64,000 nucleotides of DNA from Oceanispirochaeta sp. GTDB taxonomy: Bacteria > Spirochaetota > Spirochaetia > DSM-2461. Where the stretch lies: contig CAXXXD010000004.1 in the NCBI GenBank assembly GCA_963663385.2, forward strand, positions 736,001 to 800,000, read 5' to 3'. A program made the position numbers and the translations under genes. The notes below the pieces were generated by a model that did not search any database, was not told the DNA's origin, and saw nothing but the letters and a program-made list of their open reading frames with translations. Shown piece after piece: positions 57,403-64,000 of the stretch. How positions within the stretch are numbered: the stretch's first letter is position 1; every line of letters starts with the position of its first letter.

Positions 57403-58995
57403 ATGGAAAATACAAATACGATGAAAAAAACTTATATAGACGGAAAAACCGGAAAGGGGCCGTTTTTTTACGACCCTGAAAAAATCCTTCCCAATATCCT
57501 CCTGGTTACCATGGATATGGTCCCCCCCGAGTTTCATAACGGGACGGTGGCCATGGAGACCCCATGTCAGAAAAGTCTGGCATCGGAAGGGGTATCTTTT
57601 GAAAAAGCCTTTGCCACATCGCCCCTCTGCGGTCCCTCCCGTACCTCCATTCTGACCGGGCGTTTCTCCTATGTCACGGGGAACTCGGAACGCTCCCATG
57701 ACGGGCATCTGACCCACCTGCGCTCGGAGGATATTATCTGGCCCGAATACCTTAAGGCCCGCGGTTATCACTGCCGGCATGTGGGGAAATCCCATGTGGG
57801 AACCGAACATTTTATGAGAGCTTTTTCGGAGAACAGCTCTCCCTGGGACCGCTGGTCTCCTCCCTGGTACAACGAAGATGCGTATATCCGGTTCCTGAAG
57901 GAAAAAGGGCTGGAGCGCTTCAGTTTCAAAAAAGAAATTCGCGGCCAAAGCTGGGACGGTACCCGGAACGGCAACTCCTACGGCGGCTGGCTGGCTGATC
58001 AGAACGGCAAGGTTTTTCCGGAGGACGCCCTGTATCCCTCCTTTCTGGTGGACAGGACAATCAGTGCAATTGACTGCCGGGAGGACGATGGAAAACCCTT
58101 CTATATGCAGCTGGATTTTTTCGGCCCTCATCAGCCTTTTGCCATCCCCGGTGGGTGGGAGGAGCGTGAAGCTGAGATCCGACGGAACCTGAAACTGCCT
58201 GAAAGCTGGCTGGAGTGGGAAAACGCCGGGTTCCCCACTGAGAGTGATGATCCCAGGGTGTATGATCTCTACCGGAAAAACTGGGGGATGAAGAACCGGC
58301 AGGATCTGGAGGATTATCTGACCGCCAATCAGCTGCAGTATGAAATCCTGGACCGGCAGCTGGGTAAACTGCTGGATTATCTGAAGGCGGCCGATCTTTA
58401 TGATTCAACCATGATACTTTTTACGGCGGACCATGGTGAAATGAACGGCAAGAAGGGCTGTGTGGACAAGGGGGCTTACCTGAATCCTCAGGTAATGCAG
58501 GTTCCCCTCTACCTGAAACCGGCGGCGGGACAGTCCCTGCCGGCAGGCGGGGCCATAGGCGAACCCTGTTCCCTGGCGGATATCTGCCCGACCATAGCCG
58601 AAGCGGCAGGGCTTTTCCTCCCCGAGCGGATGGACGGTATAAGCCTTTTTACTTCGGCCTCCGGAGAGAAAAGGCCTTCTGAAAATCCTGTTATGTTCGA
58701 TGTGTGGAATCATGTCGTGCCCAACCCCTGCGTCGGGCGGATCTGCCGGCTGGAAGGACAGGACTGCCTTTACAGCTACAATACCACCTCAGGACGGGAC
58801 GAACTGTATAACCTTGAGGAGGCAGGGCTGATCCGTAACCGCATCGATGAGGAAAGACTGCGGAAGGCAGCCCGGAAAAGTATGCTGGAAGCCCTTTCGG
58901 GGGATCCCCGCTGGGATGTGTATAACTGCTATTTCAAACTGGAATACGGTGAAGAGTTGGCTTTGATGCCTGGGGATAATCAGAAGTTCGAGTAA
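57403..58995 (+). CDS. Cys-type sulfatase (cytoplasmic)
   Basis: PNILLVTMD, CGPSRTSILTG (CxPxR), GKSH, GPHQP and TADHGE...K. Confidence 0.9.
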   Translation: MENTNTMKKTYIDGKTGKGPFFYDPEKILPNILLVTMDMVPPEFHNGTVAMETPCQKSLASEGVSFEKAFATSPLCGPSRTSILTGRFSYVTGNSERSHDGHLTHLRSEDIIWPEYLKARGYHCRHVGKSHVGTEHFMRAFSENSSPWDRWSPPWYNEDAYIRFLKEKGLERFSFKKEIRGQSWDGTRNGNSYGGWLADQNGKVFPEDALYPSFLVDRTISAIDCREDDGKPFYMQLDFFGPHQPFAIPGGWEEREAEIRRNLKLPESWLEWENAGFPTESDDPRVYDLYRKNWGMKNRQDLEDYLTANQLQYEILDRQLGKLLDYLKAADLYDSTMILFTADHGEMNGKKGCVDKGAYLNPQVMQVPLYLKPAAGQSLPAGGAIGEPCSLADICPTIAEAAGLFLPERMDGISLFTSASGEKRPSENPVMFDVWNHVVPNPCVGRICRLEGQDCLYSYNTTSGRDELYNLEEAGLIRNRIDEERLRKAARKSMLEALSGDPRWDVYNCYFKLEYGEELALMPGDNQKFE

Positions 58996-59023
58996 AGTTC
59001 TCATGATTCGTCCTCTCTTGCCA

Positions 59024-59149
59024 GACCCCTCTCAATCTCCCCTCTGGGGGAGAAGTAGTAATGTTTCTCACGATAAGCTGATCCAATCTCTACGATAGGA
59101 AAAAATAGTACATTTTCCCTCTCCTCGGGGAGGGGGCCAGGGGGAGGTC
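59024..59149. repeat. REP/MITE-like palindromic element between convergent genes
   Basis: Hairpins TCTCCCC-TCT-GGGGGAGA and CCCTCTCC-TCG-GGGAGGGG with loosely inverted outer ends. Confidence 0.55.
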
Positions 59150-59174
59150 CGGAACGGGGGATTGTATTCTTTTC

Positions 59175-59927
59175 CTATTTAAATCCCCCCAGCAGGATCT
59201 CCAGCACCGCATTGCCTATATGCAGGCCGAACATACCTGTTATGGTGGGCAGGCTGCCCAGAACACGCCGCTCCCGGCCCCGGTCCAGCTCCTGTTCGTT
59301 TCCTTCGGGTTTTTTCTCTTCGGACGGGTCCAGGTAGTTGTAGTCCACATGTTCGGAAGAATAGATTGCGGTAATCCCCCTGCCGACGCCCCGGCGGCGC
59401 AGTTTCTGCCGGACCTGCCGGGCCAGGGGGCAGCTGTGGGTTTTCATCAGGTCCGCTTTATGAATGGCAAAGGGGTCGGTCCGCAGGGCGGCCCCCATTG
59501 AGGAGACTATGGGGATGTCCCGTTTCCAGGTCTGTTCCAGCAGGGTGAGTTTGGGGGCCATGGAATCGATGGCGTCTACCAGAACATCCGGCTCTTCCTT
59601 CAGTATTTCATCCATGGTTTCGTTATGGGCGAATCCGGGGTAGATATCCACCCGGCACCCGGGGTTTATATCCAGAATACGCCGTTTGGCCGCTTCCACC
59701 TTCAGGGCTCCCAGGGTGGATTCCAGGGCAAGGATCTGCCGGTTGATATTTGTCAGGTTCACCCTGTCGAAATCGACCAGCAGGAAATGCCCCACGCCGC
59801 TGCGGGCCAGGGACTCAAGGGCATACCCTCCGACGGCCCCCATCCCGACAATGGTAACCATTTTATCCCCCAGGGACTGCCTTTTTTCTTCGCCGATCAG
59901 GCGGTCAATTCTTAAAAACCTTTCCAT
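59175..59927 (-). CDS. tcdA: tRNA threonylcarbamoyladenosine dehydratase (ThiF family)
   Basis: GMGAVGG, LARSGVG, TNINRQ, DAIDS, SSMGAA and CPLAR.VR..LR. Confidence 0.88.
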   Translation of the reverse strand: MERFLRIDRLIGEEKRQSLGDKMVTIVGMGAVGGYALESLARSGVGHFLLVDFDRVNLTNINRQILALESTLGALKVEAAKRRILDINPGCRVDIYPGFAHNETMDEILKEEPDVLVDAIDSMAPKLTLLEQTWKRDIPIVSSMGAALRTDPFAIHKADLMKTHSCPLARQVRQKLRRRGVGRGITAIYSSEHVDYNYLDPSEEKKPEGNEQELDRGRERRVLGSLPTITGMFGLHIGNAVLEILLGGFK

Positions 59928-60618
59928 TGTTTTTTACTATATCCAATAATTCCTCCCTGTCAATTCCAAGTACAGCGGCAGCTGTTTCATAGAGGATTTT
60001 CATGGTTTTCTCATAGGGCGGATCCGTATAGGGCCAGTCGCTTTCCAGGAGAATCCTGCTGCGGGGGAGGCGTCGGACCATGCTGCAGAAACTGCTGTCG
60101 TTCCACTGCCTGCCCGGCCCGAGGGAGAGGAAGGCTCCCGTTTTCAGGTAGCGTTCAGCTGTTTCAGGTTTCTCCTTGAAGCCATGGAGGATGAAAGGGG
60201 TGTCCGGTTTCTCAGCTTCCAGCAGTTCCGCCAGAGCCCCTGCCGCTTTAACCTGATGGAGGCTGACCGGACGGTTCAGCTGTACAGCAAGCCGGAGCTG
60301 GTGAATCAGAACTTTTTCCTGTAAGCTCCGGGGAATCTGTTTGTAGTATCTCCGGTCCAGACCGCACTCTCCCACACCGCAGCGGGGGGATGATTGTACG
60401 GCCCTGTCAAACTGATCAAGAAGGGGCGGAATCTCTTCCGGGACCTGCGGAATTGCCATGGGGTGGATCCCCAGAAAAGGGCGAATTTCCGGGCGGTTTT
60501 CTTTTTTGAGGAGGGGCCAGTCTTCCGGACCGGCCGCACAGCTCAGGTAGCAACCGCCCGGTGCAGGTACAAAATCCGGAACAGGACTGCTATGCATATG
60601 GGCATCGAAAATATCCAT
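59905..60618 (-). CDS. tatD: TatD family hydrolase
   Basis: DAHMH, GIHP, GECGLD, LHGF and LLESDWP. Confidence 0.85.
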   Translation of the reverse strand: MDIFDAHMHSSPVPDFVPAPGGCYLSCAAGPEDWPLLKKENRPEIRPFLGIHPMAIPQVPEEIPPLLDQFDRAVQSSPRCGVGECGLDRRYYKQIPRSLQEKVLIHQLRLAVQLNRPVSLHQVKAAGALAELLEAEKPDTPFILHGFKEKPETAERYLKTGAFLSLGPGRQWNDSSFCSMVRRLPRSRILLESDWPYTDPPYEKTMKILYETAAAVLGIDREELLDIVKNNGKVFKN

Positions 60619-60640
60619 ATCCCGGATTATATCACAACAG

Positions 60641-62044
60641 TTACTGGTTGGCTTTGGCCGGATCCACATGTTTTTCAACAGGACCCACAGGCTCTTCCCT
60701 GTAGATCAGGGGTTTATCTGCGGGGATCTTTCCTCCCATTACAGGAATCCACTCCTTCTGGGCTTCCATCAGTTCCCGGGTCATGGCACGGATCTGGTCC
60801 AGGGTGCAGCTCATTCCGGTAAGGGGATCCATGGCCATGGCCTGGAAAACCATTTCCGGATCAGCCTGCTGGGCGGCCTTTACAGCCAGGTCCTGAACAA
60901 TGAGCTGGGTTGTGTTAAGAGCGGCCAGGTGAACAGGAAGTTTTCCTGTGCGGAGCGGCTGCAGACCGTTTTTATCAACCACGCAGGGCACTTCCACTAC
61001 CGCATCGTCGGGGAGGTTTTCGATACATCCTCTGTTTATGATATTTCCATAGATCACAGTCGTTTCTCCGGTTTCCATGGCATGGATTATCTGTGAGCCG
61101 TATTCAACGCTGCGTTCCAGGTCGATGGGATCTTCCCAATCGGCCATTTTTTTCATCTGTTCCTGCCAGTCCGGTCTGTCGTACAGTTCCTTTATATAAC
61201 CGTGTCCGCCGTTCCAGTCGGAAAATTCCGTATGACAGTAGCGTTTTACCATCTCTTCGTTTTTACGGAACCAGGTGTTGTACTCGGACACATGACCGCT
61301 CGACTCGGTAACCGGGAATCCCAGGTGTTTTACATACTCCATCCTGGCCGAATCGCCGTACCATATCTCCGGTTTTTCAGCCAGTTCCCTGATACGGGGA
61401 AGAAGATCCTGACCGTTGTGCTCGAACTTTGTGTACCAGGCCTCATGATTGATGCCGGCGCATTGAAAATTGATCTCTTCCAGCGGAATTCCCAGCCTGT
61501 TGGCCCACTCTTCCGCCGTATGCTGTACAGAGTGGCAGAGTCCCACATACTTCATCTGCGGGGCGTGTTCCATAATCCCCCTGGAAAGCATCCCCATAGG
61601 ATTGGTGTAGTTTAAAACCATGGCATCCGGACAAATAGCCATAATGTCGTCGGTTATCTCTTCCAGTACGGGAAGGGTCCGGAGGCAGCGCATGATTCCT
61701 CCGGGTGTCAGGGTATCGCCGATGCATTGGTCAATGCCGTATTTCCGGGGAATATCAATCTCTTTCTCTATCGCCTCGAATCCGCCGATCAGTATGCTGA
61801 TTATCACATAATCTGCGCCGTTCAGGGCTTCTTTTCTGTCGGAGTAACTGCTGACAGATGCCCTGCTGTAATTCCCTTCCCTGAAAATTCTTTCAACGAT
61901 CTGATGGGCGTATTTCAGTCTGATAGGGTCCGTATCAACAAGCCGGAAATGGGTATCCGCCAGTTCCGGGTAGGTAAGGATATCAGCTGTCAGGCGGCTG
62001 GAAAATACCAGACTCCCTGCTCCTATAATTACGATTTCTGCCAT
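60641..62044 (-). CDS. melA: Family 4 glycoside hydrolase (alpha-galactosidase-like)
   Basis: IIGAGSLVFS, GDTLTPGGI, NYTNP, GLCHSV, GINH and TESSGH.SEY. Confidence 0.85.
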   Translation of the reverse strand: MAEIVIIGAGSLVFSSRLTADILTYPELADTHFRLVDTDPIRLKYAHQIVERIFREGNYSRASVSSYSDRKEALNGADYVIISILIGGFEAIEKEIDIPRKYGIDQCIGDTLTPGGIMRCLRTLPVLEEITDDIMAICPDAMVLNYTNPMGMLSRGIMEHAPQMKYVGLCHSVQHTAEEWANRLGIPLEEINFQCAGINHEAWYTKFEHNGQDLLPRIRELAEKPEIWYGDSARMEYVKHLGFPVTESSGHVSEYNTWFRKNEEMVKRYCHTEFSDWNGGHGYIKELYDRPDWQEQMKKMADWEDPIDLERSVEYGSQIIHAMETGETTVIYGNIINRGCIENLPDDAVVEVPCVVDKNGLQPLRTGKLPVHLAALNTTQLIVQDLAVKAAQQADPEMVFQAMAMDPLTGMSCTLDQIRAMTRELMEAQKEWIPVMGGKIPADKPLIYREEPVGPVEKHVDPAKANQ

Positions 62045-62184
62045 TGTGCACCTCTGTATCTTATAATTGAACCGATTTACTAACGGTTAATTAGGATTTT
62101 AGACCTGGAGTATTCTCTGTGAAACTGTCTATTTGTTGTTTTTATATGGTAAAATGCGTCAATATGCCGTAAAATCATGTTATT

Positions 62185-63009
62185 GTGTTGAAACAACAAT
62201 TTTATTCCAACTCTAAGGTCCCTCAGGTGAACCTCCTTTTCTGCGGAGAAGAGCATTGCTCCCCCTCTCATGAATTCGGAGGGCACCGGCCCTATCTGAT
62301 TCTGCATATTGTAAGGAAGGGGAGGGGGAGTTTTTCCTGGAGAAGTAAATCCTGGTTTCTGGGTGAGGGGGATGCCTTTCTGATCTTTCCGGAAGAAGTG
62401 CATCTCTATCAGGCGGATGCGGTAGATCCATGGCATTACTTCTGGCTGGCTCTGGACAGGTCTATTGTTCCCTATCTGGAGGATCAGGGGTTTTCCCAGG
62501 AGTCTCCCATTCTCCGTTCCTCTGACCCTGACAAGATTTATTGCCTGTATAAAAGTATGATTCCGGGACGGGAGGAGCGGGAGGCCGGATGGGATCTGAA
62601 GCAGTATGCTGCTGTGTATGGAATTCTGGCGGATCTTTTATCGCACAGGGAGAATAGGGGAGCCGTCTTATCTCCTTCTGTGCGTCCTGACCATGTAAAA
62701 GCCATGACAACGTTTATGGGAGAGTATTTTCATACACCTATTGCGGTACAGGATGTGGCCGACTATGTTCATCTGGAAAGAACCTATGCTTCCCGTATTT
62801 TTAAAACTGAAACAGGGTACGGAATTGCCGGATATATTAGGATCCTGCGTCTGGAAAAATCCCGGGAGTATCTCCTCAAGGGGTTTTCTGTCAAACAGGC
62901 TGCCTACAGTTCCGGTTTTCAGGTGTATGAGAATTTTCTTAAACTGTTTAAAAAAACCTATGGTCTCAGTCCCGGAGTCTTTCAGAAGGACCAGGGCATT
63001 AGAGAGTAA
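62185..63009 (+). CDS. AraC family regulator (cupin plus HTH), divergent from the GH4 gene
   Basis: CGEEHC.P.H.FG, YQAD..DPW.Y.W and F.K.FKK.YG.SP. Confidence 0.92.
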   Translation: MLKQQFYSNSKVPQVNLLFCGEEHCSPSHEFGGHRPYLILHIVRKGRGSFSWRSKSWFLGEGDAFLIFPEEVHLYQADAVDPWHYFWLALDRSIVPYLEDQGFSQESPILRSSDPDKIYCLYKSMIPGREEREAGWDLKQYAAVYGILADLLSHRENRGAVLSPSVRPDHVKAMTTFMGEYFHTPIAVQDVADYVHLERTYASRIFKTETGYGIAGYIRILRLEKSREYLLKGFSVKQAAYSSGFQVYENFLKLFKKTYGLSPGVFQKDQGIRE

Positions 63010-63015
63010 AAGGAT

Positions 63016-63780
63016 TCAGAAAAACTCGTTCCAGAACAGACGGATAATAGTCAGGGCCACAACAGCGAGGAAGAAGATTCTGACAAACCGTGTTCCCCTG
63101 CGGATTACCAGGTGTGAACCGATCCAGGCCCCGCAGACCTGTCCCAGTCCCATTACAATCCCGGCAATGAATATGACCTTTCCTCCTATCAGAAATACGG
63201 TAAGAGATACAATATTGCTGGTAAAGTTTGTAATTTTGGTATTGGCCGTTGCCGACTTCAGATCCAGTCCCACCATGGTGACCAGGGCGATGGTCCAGAA
63301 AGACCCGGTTCCGGGGCCGAAAAATCCGTCATAGAAACCGAACAGCAGCCCGGCAATAATATAAAATAACCAGAGAGACAGACGGGCGTGCTGTTCCTTC
63401 TTTCCCAGATCGGGTGAAAACAGGGTGTAAAAGAATATCGCCGTCAGGATAAAGGGGATGAAACGTCCCAGAAAATCGGCGGGGATATGCTGTATGAGCC
63501 AGGTTCCCAGAGCCGCCCCGACAAGTGTCGCCCCAACACCTATCCACAGTTTCTCCCTTTTTAAAAGCCCCGAACCTGTATAACGGACTGCTGCTGTAAA
63601 GGAGCCGAAACTGGACTGCAGTTTATTTGTTCCCAGGGCAAGGTGAGGGGGAATTCCTGCTGCCAGCAGGGATGGGACGGTAATCAGTCCTCCTCCTCCT
63701 GCAATGGAGTCCACAAAACCGGCGACAAAGGCCATGGCTGCCAGAAACAGCAGTTTTATAAGGGATAGTTCATATTCCAT
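63016..63780 (-). CDS. TSUP (TauE/SafE, YfcA-like) transporter
   Basis: AGFVDSIAGGGGLI, ALGTNK and GFYDGFFGPGTGSF. Confidence 0.92.
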   Translation of the reverse strand: MEYELSLIKLLFLAAMAFVAGFVDSIAGGGGLITVPSLLAAGIPPHLALGTNKLQSSFGSFTAAVRYTGSGLLKREKLWIGVGATLVGAALGTWLIQHIPADFLGRFIPFILTAIFFYTLFSPDLGKKEQHARLSLWLFYIIAGLLFGFYDGFFGPGTGSFWTIALVTMVGLDLKSATANTKITNFTSNIVSLTVFLIGGKVIFIAGIVMGLGQVCGAWIGSHLVIRRGTRFVRIFFLAVVALTIIRLFWNEFF

Positions 63781-63906
63781 AAGGCTATCCTACTCCTGCA
63801 GTCTTTTTTTGTACAGCACTGGGGTTTTTCGCCGTTCTATAGTGAATCAGACCTGGTTGTTAAATTAGTCATGGATTTTGGTCGCTTAAAAAAGAAAAAC
63901 AGATTT

Positions 63907-63921
63907 TGGCACGTTTATTGT
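63907..63921 (+). promoter_or_regulatory. Possible sigma54 promoter for a gene starting at about 63982
   Basis: TGGCAC-N5-TTGT (consensus TTGC). RBS AAGGAG and ATG at 63982. Confidence 0.4.
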
Positions 63922-64000
63922 TTAATAGAGTAACAGAGAATGGTATGAAAGGCTTCATTAGTCTTTCCAAGGAGATAAAGGATGTTTGAACTGCTGTTTC

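Overview
This is an ordinary chromosomal window of about 50 genes, probably from a free-living anaerobic spirochaete (Oceanispirochaeta/Spirochaeta-like; inferred from gene content and signal-peptide style only). It holds the 3' end of a glycyl-radical enzyme and its activase, a signalling block, GntR plus a cysteine desulfidase, a pantothenate/CoA operon (panG remnant-panB-panC-coaC-coaB-coaX-panD), glgA, tandem GntP permeases, a TPR/transglutaminase-like plus lectin-lipoprotein pair, c-di-GMP enzymes, tRNA-Pro(GGG), polB, lnt, pepD, a LacI/ABC/sulfatase locus, tcdA, tatD, a GH4 glycosidase with AraC, and a TSUP transporter. The best candidate for an undescribed system is a LacI-controlled operon (27.3-37.4 kb) joining two ADP-ribosylglycohydrolase-family enzymes and a sugar ABC importer to citDEF. 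Its CitD lacks the prosthetic-group serine and no citC/G/X is present. Other notable signals are a candidate sigma28-driven structured sRNA (~46030-46147), an in-frame internally deleted panG, 22-bp direct repeats around an AT-rich diguanylate cyclase, and a kinase lacking its His. I saw no CRISPR array, rRNA, integrase, transposase or reverse transcriptase. All assignments come from reading motifs by eye, with no database searches.
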